In this document: in pieces, positions 29,869 to 39,854 of the stretch | Layout: each line of letters opens with the position of its first letter | Numbering within the stretch: the stretch's first letter is position 1 | Source of the DNA: a virus | Virus record (IMG/VR): IMGVR_UViG_3300032050_013007 | Location: 18,254-82,253 of that record | Length of the DNA stretch: 64,000 nucleotides | Direction: 5' to 3' (one strand) | Notes under the pieces: generated by a model | The model's input: only the letters and a program-made list of their open reading frames with translations | What the model was told of the DNA's origin: nothing | Database searches by the model: none | Program-made: the position numbers and the translations under genes

Positions 29869-31791
29869 ATGTCATTAGACCTTAAATCAGATTATAATAA
29901 AGCTAAGAGTAAAATCCAAGCTACCAAATCATACAAAGATTTAAAGGGTCAGTATGATAAAGCTCAAAAAAAAGTTGGTGATTCTTTAGAAAAAGGAAAG
30001 GACACGCTTAGTGACTCTAAAGAAAAATTTGAGGAACAATTAGATGTAATAAAAAATCAGGCAAAAAGATATCAAACTGAGAAAAAGAACCAATTAGAAG
30101 AACTTTTAGATATCAATAAAGTCACAGGTAATAATTCGGTTAGATATATTAAACAAAAAATGATTAAGGCGTTACAGAATATTCGCCCCAAAATTGATGA
30201 AATTTTAATAGAAGAAGCTATAAAGGCTGTTGGATGTGACCAACAACAAACATATGACCCTGTAACTATTTATGTTAAAGTAAAATCAGTAGACCCTGCC
30301 GGACTTCTTAAAAAAAATCCAACATCTAAAGTTGCCAAAATTTTATATGAAAAGGACGATGTTGTAATACAGAATTTTCCTTTTTCTTTTAATAAAGAAT
30401 TATATAATAGAGTTCAAAATCCAGGTCAATTGTATAGTACCGCAAATGGACAAAATTATTTTGGTAATTCGGGTAATGAGTTATTGGATATAAGTTTTGT
30501 AGAATTCAACAATTTTGGCGAATCAGGACCTTGGTTTCAAGTTGATTTGAAACAAAGAGTTGCCAGTTCACCTAATGTTGTCGGGGAATTTTTAGTAGAC
30601 TATTTTAAAACGATTAATATTTTTGAATTTACCAATGTAATGGCAAATATTATGAACTCACTTAGTGGGGCCATTTCAATTAAAGCCAATGTGGGAGTAA
30701 ATGAAGTCACCGACTCAACAAAATTTGAAAGATATATTGCAAGAATTTTAGGTTTATGTTTTGATAATAGAAAACAAATAGATGTTAGTGGGGTGGCAAA
30801 AGTTGCTGAACTCGATGGGATTGATGAATCTTTTTACGAACTAACACAAATTGAGTTAAGAAATGTTGAAAATAAAGTCAGTAACATCCAAAATGGTGTA
30901 GTTGAATTTGAAGATTGTGATACGGAGAAGCTTCCTGTTAATGCTGACCAAATAGTTGACGCTCTTAATCAGTTAAACTTTGTTGAGGGTAGAGACCTTG
31001 ACAAAGCTGCGGACTCATTATCGGATATTTTAGCACAAAATCCAGCATGGAAAGGATTAGCAATTAACGGAAATATAAAGGCGGCAATTGATTTAAATTT
31101 TATAAAATTAATTACTCAGGGGTTAGTTTTTGCATTACTTGGACCAAAAGTTCTACTTCCTATTTTCACTATGTTAAAAGCGATAGGTAAAGAATTATGT
31201 GGTAATATTAATGGATTTGTTGATTTGCTTATTTGTTTTAAAGAATTCATGAAAGAGTTAATCTCTAAGATTGGTTCTTTGTTCATAAAAGAACTATTCA
31301 AATTAATCAAACGAGACATACTAAATCTAATCCAAGCGGTAATTAAAGATTTGTCTAAAGAGTTAAAAGACAAAAGAATTATTATGATTTTAAAATTGGT
31401 ACAATTAATTTTAGTTGTGGCTCAATTTGTTAGGGATTGGAGAGAATGTAAAAGTGTCGTAGACGAAATTTTGTGGTTACTTAATATTGCATTATCGGGT
31501 TGGGGGTCTCAAATTCCTCTTCCTCTATTGTACGCATCTCAATTATTAGACGGATTTTCTGCAACCAGAGCTTACATAGGGACAATAGAGGAACTACAAA
31601 AAATTGGGGTACCTACCGGTCCTATGCCTGATGGAAGTCCTAATTTAACGGTTTTATCAATGTTGAGTCAGTTAAAGGCTCAAGTTACGGAAGAAGCTGA
31701 AAATGGTAAAGTTCAAATAGCGTTACCACCTTTAACCATAACTCCTGCGGGATTAACAGTACCACAAAGCGCATTCGGTAAAAAATTCTAA
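29869..31791 (+). CDS. Hypothetical structural (baseplate/tail-associated) protein
   Basis: 640-aa helical ORF in a late operon upstream of the gp5-like gene. Confidence 0.6.
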   Translation: MSLDLKSDYNKAKSKIQATKSYKDLKGQYDKAQKKVGDSLEKGKDTLSDSKEKFEEQLDVIKNQAKRYQTEKKNQLEELLDINKVTGNNSVRYIKQKMIKALQNIRPKIDEILIEEAIKAVGCDQQQTYDPVTIYVKVKSVDPAGLLKKNPTSKVAKILYEKDDVVIQNFPFSFNKELYNRVQNPGQLYSTANGQNYFGNSGNELLDISFVEFNNFGESGPWFQVDLKQRVASSPNVVGEFLVDYFKTINIFEFTNVMANIMNSLSGAISIKANVGVNEVTDSTKFERYIARILGLCFDNRKQIDVSGVAKVAELDGIDESFYELTQIELRNVENKVSNIQNGVVEFEDCDTEKLPVNADQIVDALNQLNFVEGRDLDKAADSLSDILAQNPAWKGLAINGNIKAAIDLNFIKLITQGLVFALLGPKVLLPIFTMLKAIGKELCGNINGFVDLLICFKEFMKELISKIGSLFIKELFKLIKRDILNLIQAVIKDLSKELKDKRIIMILKLVQLILVVAQFVRDWRECKSVVDEILWLLNIALSGWGSQIPLPLLYASQLLDGFSATRAYIGTIEELQKIGVPTGPMPDGSPNLTVLSMLSQLKAQVTEEAENGKVQIALPPLTITPAGLTVPQSAFGKKF

Positions 31792-31794
31792 ACT

Positions 31795-32010
31795 ATGGAA
31801 AATAAACAACACGCAGAAAAAGTAGTTCAAATAATAAAAGAGTATAAATCCAGACCTAATAAAGATTTAACAATAGCTATGGATTTTTTAAAAGAAGATT
31901 TTGAAAAAACTAAGGACAGTCTCTTAAAACTAACTAATCATTTAGATAAAGTTGAAAATTCTTATAATTTATTATTAAAAGAATACCAAAGTAGGAATCA
32001 ATCAATATGA
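31795..32010 (+). CDS. Hypothetical small coiled-coil protein
   Basis: 71-aa ORF coupled to the next gene. Confidence 0.7.
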   Translation: MENKQHAEKVVQIIKEYKSRPNKDLTIAMDFLKEDFEKTKDSLLKLTNHLDKVENSYNLLLKEYQSRNQSI

Positions 32011-33605
32011 GAATAACCGAACAAAATAAACATCAAATAATATTTCCAGGTATCGTTTACGATGACAATGACCCTATGATGTTAGGTCGTATTAGAGTTA
32101 TACCTGAAACTGAAAATTATTCAGATATAATTGCATCAGTACCAAATTGGAATGAAAAAAAGGATATATGGACAAGTCGAGACCCTTTAATTTTTTTACC
32201 GTTACTTCCAGTTTTTTATAATCAGTCACCTAAAAAAGGAGAGTATGTTCATATATTTTATCAAAACAAAGAATTCCCATTTAAGAATCAATTTTACATA
32301 CAAGGACCATTCTCAAGTCCGTTATTATTAAATTATGAAAATTACCAAGGGGCTAAAAAATTCTTAGCAACTGGAGATAGGATAAAACAAGGGTTGAGTA
32401 TTAAAAATCAAGACGGTACTTATAAAGAAAAAAATAGTAAGGGAGTTTTTGCAGAACCTGAAGATGTTGCAATTTACGGTAGGGGGACTTCTGACTTAGT
32501 AATTAAAGATGAAGAACTATTATTAAGAGCCGGAAAAGTAAGAGGGTTCAAAACTAAAGAATTACCTACGGCAAACATTAACAGAGCTTTTTTACAACTT
32601 TCAAATTTTTCACAAACTAAAGAAAAATTACCAAAAGAAATAAAATTAAGTTTTATTGAAAATGTAAAAAATGTAAAAAAAATTATCATTTGGGATATTT
32701 CCAACTTAGAGAATGATGCTGACTCGTTCAATGGTTCTGTTGGTTTATATGCTGCAATTCCACAACCAACTGGTGAAAATAACCCAATAACTACAAAAAA
32801 TTTCAAAGCTAATACTATAACAAAATTATCGATTGGTACTGAATATCAAGGTCCTATTGAAGAAATAACATTTAACTCTAAATCCTACACTGAAATAGTT
32901 AATATTGTAAATTCATTTATAAGTGGTGTTTTTGGTGGTTTTTTAAATGTTTCTGGTTATACAACAAACAGTCAACAAAATGTTACTCCTGAAAATGTAT
33001 TTCCTCTAATAATTACTCCGTCAAAGGATGCTTACAAAACAGGGTCCAGAGTCAGTCCTAGTATTGACCCTTCACAATTAGTGGAATCTAGAAATTTTAT
33101 GAAATTTTTTAAGGGTATTAACATTGACCCCGCTAAACCTAACAAATCAGGTTTCTTCTTAATTTCTGATAATAGAATCGGTACTCCTGTATTCGGACCG
33201 CAGCAAGATGTTAAGATAAATAGAATAACCCCAACAATATTTACACCTGACCAAATAAGTTACGGTGTAATGGGTGCTCAAAAAATTTATCTATTATCCC
33301 ATAACTCAACACATCCTAGTGGAGGTAAGATAAATTTACAAGATACAATTTACGGAATACCTCAGGATAAATTTATTGGTGATAACAGAAGTATTGAATC
33401 TCTGAGTTTCTCAAGCATAAGAGGTGAAAAAATGTTAGAATTGATTAGAAAGATATTCTCTTTTGTGAAGGGTCATGTTCATGCAATTGCAACAACTCCA
33501 CCAATACCAGTAACTGAAGGTAATGGTATTACTACCGCTGAAATTGACCAGATACTTGCCGACGCTGAAAATACCATCCTTAATCAAAATATCCGTATTA
33601 ATTGA
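32007..33605 (+). CDS. Baseplate hub/central spike protein (gp5/VgrG-like OB fold)
   Basis: N-terminal GIVYDDNDPMMLGRIRV...P.KGEYV OB-fold pattern. C-terminal HVH spike-tip motif. Confidence 0.65.
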   Translation: MRITEQNKHQIIFPGIVYDDNDPMMLGRIRVIPETENYSDIIASVPNWNEKKDIWTSRDPLIFLPLLPVFYNQSPKKGEYVHIFYQNKEFPFKNQFYIQGPFSSPLLLNYENYQGAKKFLATGDRIKQGLSIKNQDGTYKEKNSKGVFAEPEDVAIYGRGTSDLVIKDEELLLRAGKVRGFKTKELPTANINRAFLQLSNFSQTKEKLPKEIKLSFIENVKNVKKIIIWDISNLENDADSFNGSVGLYAAIPQPTGENNPITTKNFKANTITKLSIGTEYQGPIEEITFNSKSYTEIVNIVNSFISGVFGGFLNVSGYTTNSQQNVTPENVFPLIITPSKDAYKTGSRVSPSIDPSQLVESRNFMKFFKGINIDPAKPNKSGFFLISDNRIGTPVFGPQQDVKINRITPTIFTPDQISYGVMGAQKIYLLSHNSTHPSGGKINLQDTIYGIPQDKFIGDNRSIESLSFSSIRGEKMLELIRKIFSFVKGHVHAIATTPPIPVTEGNGITTAEIDQILADAENTILNQNIRIN

Positions 33606-33627
33606 TATTTATAATTAAAAGTTATAA

Positions 33628-35094
33628 ATGTCTATAAACAATTCTTATTTCAGTAAGAACAACACAATACTATCAAATAGTTTTACTAATACAGGAAGAA
33701 ATCCTGTAACAGAATTATTTTTTGGTAATTTTGTTTATTCTGAATTCCCAAATGGATATAGTAGATTCATATTTGATTTAGATTTAACACTACTTAGGTC
33801 AAAAATTGCCGATGGAACAATATCAACAACTTGTTCAAGTGCAATGACTCACACTCTTAGAATGGTTAATACATCGTTCTTTGAAGAGGAATTAAAAAAT
33901 ACTCCGACTTCAAATGGAAGAATGAGAGCAACCTCGTTTGACCTTATATTATTTAGAATACCTTACGCAAATTCAGAATTACAAACTCCTCAAAATTGGG
34001 ACGAAGGTGTTGGTTATGATTTTGCGGATTTAATTTATGAATTTAAGGACGCGGATAAAAACTTTTCAGATAGACCATCAAACTGGTTTCAAACTACAAC
34101 AATTGATAACTGGACTCAAGAAGGTATATACAACAATAAAAACACAGGTACGGTAAACTATTCGGCACTAACCATTGTTGACACTCAGCATTTTGAATTT
34201 GGGGACGAGAATATCTCCTTTGATATGACTGACGAGATTAATAATATTCTTAACGGTAGTTTAGTTAATACAACGGGGTGGGGTATAGCATATTTACCTC
34301 AGGTTGAAAATTTAACAGGGTTAACTCAACCATACGAAGTTCAATTTTTTACTCGTCATACCCAAACATTTTATGAACCTTACTTAGAAACTAATTATAA
34401 TGATTTAATACAAGATGATAGGAACTTATTTACATTAGGTAAAAGTAATAAGTTATATCTGTATTTATTCGATGATGGTAACCCAATTAATTTGGATGTA
34501 TTACCTACGGTGAATTTAACCGATGGGTCGGGTGATTTAATACCGGGAGCGTCAGGCTTAACCGCTTGTAGAAGAACTAAAGGAGTATATGAGGTTACAA
34601 TACCACCACTAATCGGGTATAAAACACCTTGTACATTTAGTGATGAATGGTCAGGATTAATTTTAAATGGATTAACACTTTCAGACATTACAAATGAATT
34701 TGTAGTTTACCCATTAAAGAAATCTTTATCTATTGGTTTAGATTCTGTAGAACCAAAACTATATGGGTTTGATTATTATGGTATTAAACAAGATGAAAAG
34801 ATTTTTAATACTGATATTAGAAAAGTTGGTGTAATAATTAAACAAGCTTACTCGACCGCTAAACTTCTACCAAAGGTTGATGCCTCATATAGAATTTATG
34901 TTAGAGAAGGTCAAACTGAAGTTCAGGTACAAGACTGGACTAAGGTTAATAGAACACCGAACGAATATTATTTTATTTTTGATACAAGAGATAAAATACC
35001 TAATGAATATTACATCGACATACAAGTTGTTAGTTCTGGAGAAGTTAATACATATAAGAGACAAATTAAATTCCAAATAGTTAATTACAAATAA
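33628..35094 (+). CDS. Hypothetical virion structural protein
   Basis: 488 aa, beta-rich. GATATTTATA at 33604. Confidence 0.65.
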   Translation: MSINNSYFSKNNTILSNSFTNTGRNPVTELFFGNFVYSEFPNGYSRFIFDLDLTLLRSKIADGTISTTCSSAMTHTLRMVNTSFFEEELKNTPTSNGRMRATSFDLILFRIPYANSELQTPQNWDEGVGYDFADLIYEFKDADKNFSDRPSNWFQTTTIDNWTQEGIYNNKNTGTVNYSALTIVDTQHFEFGDENISFDMTDEINNILNGSLVNTTGWGIAYLPQVENLTGLTQPYEVQFFTRHTQTFYEPYLETNYNDLIQDDRNLFTLGKSNKLYLYLFDDGNPINLDVLPTVNLTDGSGDLIPGASGLTACRRTKGVYEVTIPPLIGYKTPCTFSDEWSGLILNGLTLSDITNEFVVYPLKKSLSIGLDSVEPKLYGFDYYGIKQDEKIFNTDIRKVGVIIKQAYSTAKLLPKVDASYRIYVREGQTEVQVQDWTKVNRTPNEYYFIFDTRDKIPNEYYIDIQVVSSGEVNTYKRQIKFQIVNYK

Positions 35095-35126
35095 ATAAAA
35101 TTAGATATTTATAATAAAAAACCACA

Positions 35127-35513
35127 ATGGCATATAGAAATATGACGGGTACTACCTGTGGAAATGGGGAAGTACTTACATTTATAGCGGATGACTCTGG
35201 AGTATCAGCCAGTACTTTTTACCAATTAAGTACAGGTTTATGTATACAAATTACTGCGGTTAATACCGCATATACCGAAACTAATAACACGGTTTCTTTA
35301 GTTAAACAATACGCAAATTGTGCGGCTTGTTTAGCTCCTATTTCGGCAAATACCGAACAAGTAATTGGATTCTATTTAAATAGCGATATTAATAATGGTG
35401 ACGACACTGGAAAAACTTTTGTACCACCTCATCCTGTTTGGACTAATGGTCAAAATCACGCAGTTGTCCAACTTAATATGATTACTCTTGGTGGTAATGG
35501 TTTAAATTCTTAA
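35127..35513 (+). CDS. Small Cys-containing virion-like protein
   Basis: 128-aa ORF with GATATTTATA at 35104. Confidence 0.7.
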   Translation: MAYRNMTGTTCGNGEVLTFIADDSGVSASTFYQLSTGLCIQITAVNTAYTETNNTVSLVKQYANCAACLAPISANTEQVIGFYLNSDINNGDDTGKTFVPPHPVWTNGQNHAVVQLNMITLGGNGLNS

Positions 35514-35517
35514 TACT

Positions 35518-35994
35518 ATGAAAAAAATTAAATTGTCTGAAAACGAATTAAACAAAATCATTAAAAGAGTAATTGAGGAACAAGGTTCCGATAGATATAT
35601 GTTCTTTTCAAACTTAGAACAAATGAGAAGACAATGTGATATATTGTTAAGTAAAAATAGAGATGAAATTGATTCTATTTTAGACAATGGTCACGATTGG
35701 GCTCAAGACCATATTGCCGAAGCAAAAAATAATATGGACCAAGTGTTTGATTTCTTAATGAATGAAACAACCGATGAAGGCGATTTAGATGACCAATCGG
35801 ACGAAGAGGAAATGGTTATGATGGAAGGTCGTAAAAAGTCAGGTACAAAATTGTGTGCTAGAGGAAAAGCGGCGGCTAAGGCAAAATTTAAAGTTTGGCC
35901 CTCAGCTTATGGGAACGGTTTTGCGGTTCAGGTTTGCCAAGGTCGAATGAAAGGGCTTGACGGTAAAAAAAGATGTTCTCCACCTTATTGTTAA
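35518..35994 (+). CDS. Hypothetical protein with LSENEL leader and C-terminal basic Cys (WPSAY) module
   Basis: MKKIKLSENELNKIIKRVIEEQ and LCARGKAAAKAKFKVWPSAYGNGFAVQVCQG. Confidence 0.75.
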   Translation: MKKIKLSENELNKIIKRVIEEQGSDRYMFFSNLEQMRRQCDILLSKNRDEIDSILDNGHDWAQDHIAEAKNNMDQVFDFLMNETTDEGDLDDQSDEEEMVMMEGRKKSGTKLCARGKAAAKAKFKVWPSAYGNGFAVQVCQGRMKGLDGKKRCSPPYC

Positions 35995-35997
35995 TGT

Positions 35998-36366
35998 ATG
36001 GAATTTATAAAAAAATATTGGTATTACTCAGTTATATTGGGGTTAGTTCTTTACATAATAACAACTCCAAAAAAAGTTTACAGAGTTGTCCCAAAAGAGA
36101 ACGACAAATATGTTAAAGTTATAGATAAGTTAAAAGATAGTATCAATAACTTGAACTTAGAAAAAAATACCTTACTTTTGAATAAACCAACTTCCCAAGT
36201 TGAGACCGTTACGGTAACCATTAAATCACCACCAAAAGAAAAAATAATTTATCAAAATGAAGTCATTGTTCAAGAATCTGATTGTATTGATTTTTATTCT
36301 GACCGCAAGCTTGACAGTTTGTGGACAGGAAGTAGAACTACCAAAAAGAATAATCTTAAAAGGTGA
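35998..36366 (+). CDS. Membrane-anchored coiled-coil protein (i-spanin-like)
   Basis: N-terminal hydrophobic helix followed by a coiled coil. Overlaps the next gene by 110 nt. Confidence 0.5.
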   Translation: MEFIKKYWYYSVILGLVLYIITTPKKVYRVVPKENDKYVKVIDKLKDSINNLNLEKNTLLLNKPTSQVETVTVTIKSPPKEKIIYQNEVIVQESDCIDFYSDRKLDSLWTGSRTTKKNNLKR

Positions 36367-36760
36367 TTCGGGTGTTTTCTTCACAAAAAAACAAGAAAAA
36401 GTATTAATATACAAGTTGAATTATATCAAAACCCTTGAAAGACAGATTGATTCGTTAGAAAACGAAAACCAAAAATGTTCGGTTAATTTAAAAGCATCTG
36501 AAATAACTAATGAAGTTATTTCAAAAAGAAAAGAAGATTTATATCAAATTGTAAGTATACAAGATTCGTTAATAAAAGGTCAAGAAAGTATAATCAATAC
36601 TAAAGACGAAAAATTACGTAAATGGAAAAAAACAACTCTTTGCACTGGAGTTGTTGCGGTTGGTTGTGTTTTTGCCGGAGTCACAGGTGCTTGGTTACCC
36701 GCAGTCGCGGTAATTGCCGTTACCGAAGCCGCAATTATTTTTACAAAAAAAACAAAATAA
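36257..36760 (+). CDS. Signal-peptide coiled-coil protein with hydrophobic C-terminus (spanin partner-like)
   Basis: MKSLFKNLIVLIFILTASLTVCGQ signal, coiled coil, hydrophobic C-terminal segment. Confidence 0.5.
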   Translation: MKSLFKNLIVLIFILTASLTVCGQEVELPKRIILKGDSGVFFTKKQEKVLIYKLNYIKTLERQIDSLENENQKCSVNLKASEITNEVISKRKEDLYQIVSIQDSLIKGQESIINTKDEKLRKWKKTTLCTGVVAVGCVFAGVTGAWLPAVAVIAVTEAAIIFTKKTK

Positions 36761-36761
36761 G

Positions 36762-36794
36762 TTTGTCAGTTATCTAATTTTTTTTTTATCTTTG
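36762..36794 (+). promoter_or_regulatory. Bacteroidota-type primary sigma promoter
   Basis: TTTG (36762)-21 nt-TATCTTTG (36787) matches the -33/-7 consensus TTTG/TAnnTTTG. Confidence 0.7.
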
Positions 36795-36820
36795 TAGTCA
36801 TAAATAAAAGAACTATAAAA

Positions 36821-37246
36821 ATGAACATTATTAAGACAAAACTGAAAAAACTTTACTCAAAATTTATTATTTGGTCTCAGAAAAAAATTAAAGCAAATCA
36901 AAGGAGTAAAGAAGAGAATATTAAAACTTGTGTTTCAATATGTCGCAAATTAATAAAACACGAAAGTTCTAAGTTTGTTATCGCACCTATATCGGGTAAA
37001 AAATATATTAAAAATAAAGAGCTAGGTCTTTTTGTAATTCTAGATGGTGGTAAAGTTAGTATCACAAACCACGTTTACCATTATGATATATTTTTAGATT
37101 TGAAAGAGTGGGATAGTGTTGTACGAATGTATGATGCGAGAACCGAAAAAGAAGTACAAGTATATGAAAATGAAATAAAATCTCAGATTGAGGTCTCCCT
37201 ATCAACGATACTTACAAAAGTTAGTGAAAATAATTTAGTTATTTAA
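36821..37246 (+). CDS. Hypothetical protein (probably early)
   Basis: 141-aa ORF downstream of a host-type promoter. Confidence 0.75.
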   Translation: MNIIKTKLKKLYSKFIIWSQKKIKANQRSKEENIKTCVSICRKLIKHESSKFVIAPISGKKYIKNKELGLFVILDGGKVSITNHVYHYDIFLDLKEWDSVVRMYDARTEKEVQVYENEIKSQIEVSLSTILTKVSENNLVI

Positions 37247-37961
37247 TCTCTTTTATAATCTTATCAATTAACCTATCAAGAGATTCGTTTTGATTTTTTC
37301 TTGGTTTGTATGATGTCATTTTTGGTGAATTTCCTGTTCCTGATTTATTATGGGTTTTTTCCGCTCTCCTTTTTTGAGCACAAGCGGCCTTTTTCTGAGA
37401 ATCCGACATTTTTGAGGCAACTCCTGCCGCTCTACATTTAGGGTATCCTTTATCAGAAGCTTCAGGTCTACCACATGGAGGGTGACCACCACCTTCTTTT
37501 GTTCTACATATATTAACCCAAGGACCCTTAGGTTGACTACTACCCTTTGGTTTTTTCTTAGTTCCAAACCATACTGCTAAATCTTCTGAGATAGTACTCT
37601 CATTTATTTCAACCCACTCTTTAATTGGTACAAAATTTAATCCTTTACCAGGGGTTTGATTTATATTATTTCCATCATCATCACTAAATGTCATGTACGG
37701 ATTTTTTTTCATTTTATTAGTAATTTTTCGTGCAACCTTTTCAATTTTTTTTATTTGGTCTAATCTTTCATTCATTTTACCATCATAACTATCGTACTGT
37801 AATAACGGACTATCATATTCTGATACAGGTATATTAAATGGTTGTAATTGTGTTTTATCAAAAGGTCTTATGCCTGGTTGTAGTGCGGTAATATAAGAAC
37901 CGGCACCACCTGAATCTGACGCAGCTTCCAATAAAACTTTTTTTATTATGTCACTTAACAT
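37239..37961 (-). CDS. Hypothetical protein with basic Cys-rich WF...WV...CGR...YPKC module
   Basis: WFGTKK...PWVNICR...PCGR...YPKCR, leader IIKKVLLE, TATTTAT motif at 37985. Confidence 0.75.
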   Translation of the reverse strand: MLSDIIKKVLLEAASDSGGAGSYITALQPGIRPFDKTQLQPFNIPVSEYDSPLLQYDSYDGKMNERLDQIKKIEKVARKITNKMKKNPYMTFSDDDGNNINQTPGKGLNFVPIKEWVEINESTISEDLAVWFGTKKKPKGSSQPKGPWVNICRTKEGGGHPPCGRPEASDKGYPKCRAAGVASKMSDSQKKAACAQKRRAEKTHNKSGTGNSPKMTSYKPRKNQNESLDRLIDKIIKEIK

Positions 37962-38000
37962 TTTAAAATAAAATTCTTATTATTATAAATATATCATTTT

Positions 38001-38240
38001 ATGGAAAACCAAGAAGAAGAATTATACGGAAAAATATTTGATGAAATTCCTTTAATTAGTGAAGAACATTTAGAATTGATTTTGTCAAATATGTCTTATG
38101 ATGAGTCAATTTATTTTTTAACTCAAGCATGTAAATCCGCTTACCACAGAGGAGCATTCTCTATAGGAGAAAGTGAAATAATCTCTAAAGCCATTAGAAT
38201 TATATCTAAAACAAAAAATAAAACAACTACTGAGGATTAA
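38001..38240 (+). CDS. Hypothetical protein
   Basis: 79-aa ORF, divergent from 37961. Confidence 0.7.
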   Translation: MENQEEELYGKIFDEIPLISEEHLELILSNMSYDESIYFLTQACKSAYHRGAFSIGESEIISKAIRIISKTKNKTTTED

Positions 38241-38683
38241 TCTCCTGAAGACGGGTCTTCTTTTCCTGTTGTGGATGTATTAGACCCTGTCGATGTTACA
38301 GTACCTGTTCCTGTGGTATTAGTTCCTGTAGTTGATGTGTTAGTTTGAGTAGTTGCAGTATTACTTCCTGTAGTTGATGTGTTAGTTTGAGTAGTTGCGG
38401 TATTACTTCCTGTAGTTTCTGTACTAGCGGTACTTGGTGCTGATGTAACTCCACCTGTTTTAATAGTATCTAAAGCCTTTACTATTGCTGCTGATGTTTT
38501 TGGTCCAAATCTGTTATCCGCGACTAAACCCGCATTAAAAGGTGCTTGATTTAATTTGTTTTGAATATCTTGAATTGTATAATTGGTAGTTTGCTCAAAC
38601 AAAAACGTGTTATACCCAACTTTAAGATGCTTAGATAAAATTTGTCTTCTTTCTACTTCTGAAATTAATATTCTTTTTTTCAT
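38237..38683 (-). CDS. Peptidoglycan-binding domain protein with Thr-rich tail
   Basis: IQNKLNQ...GLVADNRFGPKTSAAI is PG_binding_1-like. Confidence 0.65.
   Translation of the reverse strand: MKKRILISEVERRQILSKHLKVGYNTFLFEQTTNYTIQDIQNKLNQAPFNAGLVADNRFGPKTSAAIVKALDTIKTGGVTSAPSTASTETTGSNTATTQTNTSTTGSNTATTQTNTSTTGTNTTGTGTVTSTGSNTSTTGKEDPSSGD
38323..38417. repeat. 42-bp tandem repeat (about 2.3 copies)
   Basis: ttcctgtagttgatgtgttagtttgagtagttgc(a/g)gtattac at 38323 and 38365, partial at 38407. Encodes TTGSNTATTQTNTS. Confidence 0.9.
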
Positions 38684-38702
38684 GTAAATATTTTTTAATT
38701 AA

Positions 38703-39776
38703 TTAATCACCGCTTGATGCACTGCTTGTTGTTGATTGTACTTCGTAAGGTGTTGGTGTCGGCGTTGGTGGTTTAACTCCATTTGTTAGTAAATCCATTA
38801 TTTTGTTTATAGTTGTTTGGTCCATAGAACCTGTTGGTTTATAGGTTGAATCCAATTCAACTATTTTGTTTTGTACATTAGATATAGAACTACCTCCAGT
38901 TCCTTGTCTATTTCCCTTACTTCGTCTATGTCGACTACCACTACTACCACCACTTCCACTACCACTTCCACTACCTGAACTATCAACCGCTCCCCAACCA
39001 GCTTCAGTAATCATTCTAACAAACTCTCTCTTCTTTGACTCCATTTGTGGTGTCAAATCGGTATTTGTTTTGTCCGTATATGCACCTGAAGTTTTTTCTA
39101 ATTTACCCGCTTTACAAGCGTAATATCCAAAATCTTTCCAATTTTTATCATATAAACGACCATCACCTATAAAAAATATAAATTCATTATTATTTATATT
39201 TGCTCTTAAATAATCACCATACTGAGAACAAACTGGTTTTGTGTCAAAAAACATATCAGGACTTGTACAAGGATATTTTTGCTGAACCTTATTCCAATCC
39301 CAACCCTTACATCCGCCAGCGGTTGCTCCTCCTAGAGATTTTGGTTGCACCGTTTCCGCCTGTTGAATTAAATTTTTTAACTGTTCTTTAGCCTTTACTC
39401 CATTAGGACTTAATCCTACATAAGTAAAGGATTCAATTTCATTGAACAGTGTATCCCCTTCATCGGCCCTATACTGTATTAACAAAGCTTGTAATGCGTT
39501 TATTAATTTTTTATCATTTAAATTTGTGTCGTCAAGATACCACTGATTAATTAATCTCGCAGCAATATCCCTAATTTTCACTAAGCCACTCTCAGTCACA
39601 TAAAAATCTAACGTATCAACAAATGTTTGAACGTCTCCACTTAAATCATTATCTTTATATGGGTCTTGTTCAGTTCCGGCAGATTCATTTAATAAATATT
39701 GATTTTTAGTAGCGTTAGAATGCATCTCTAAAATCCTATTTTTTTCGCTATCGTCCAAATAATACAATTTTTTCAT
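38703..39776 (-). CDS. Hypothetical protein with SEKNRILEMH leader and degenerate PG-binding-like C-terminus
   Basis: 357-aa ORF with a Gly/Ser linker. GATATTTATA motif at 39794. Confidence 0.75.
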   Translation of the reverse strand: MKKLYYLDDSEKNRILEMHSNATKNQYLLNESAGTEQDPYKDNDLSGDVQTFVDTLDFYVTESGLVKIRDIAARLINQWYLDDTNLNDKKLINALQALLIQYRADEGDTLFNEIESFTYVGLSPNGVKAKEQLKNLIQQAETVQPKSLGGATAGGCKGWDWNKVQQKYPCTSPDMFFDTKPVCSQYGDYLRANINNNEFIFFIGDGRLYDKNWKDFGYYACKAGKLEKTSGAYTDKTNTDLTPQMESKKREFVRMITEAGWGAVDSSGSGSGSGSGGSSGSRHRRSKGNRQGTGGSSISNVQNKIVELDSTYKPTGSMDQTTINKIMDLLTNGVKPPTPTPTPYEVQSTTSSASSGD

Positions 39777-39810
39777 TTTGAAATGTTTTATATATAAATA
39801 TCTAATAAAT

Positions 39811-39836
39811 AAAAAAAGGGAGTAAACTCCCTTTTT
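39811..39836 (-). terminator. Intrinsic terminator
   Basis: aaaaaaagggag-taaa-ctccctttttt downstream of the subtilase. Confidence 0.85.
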
Positions 39837-39854
39837 AAAATACTTTTTTTGTTT

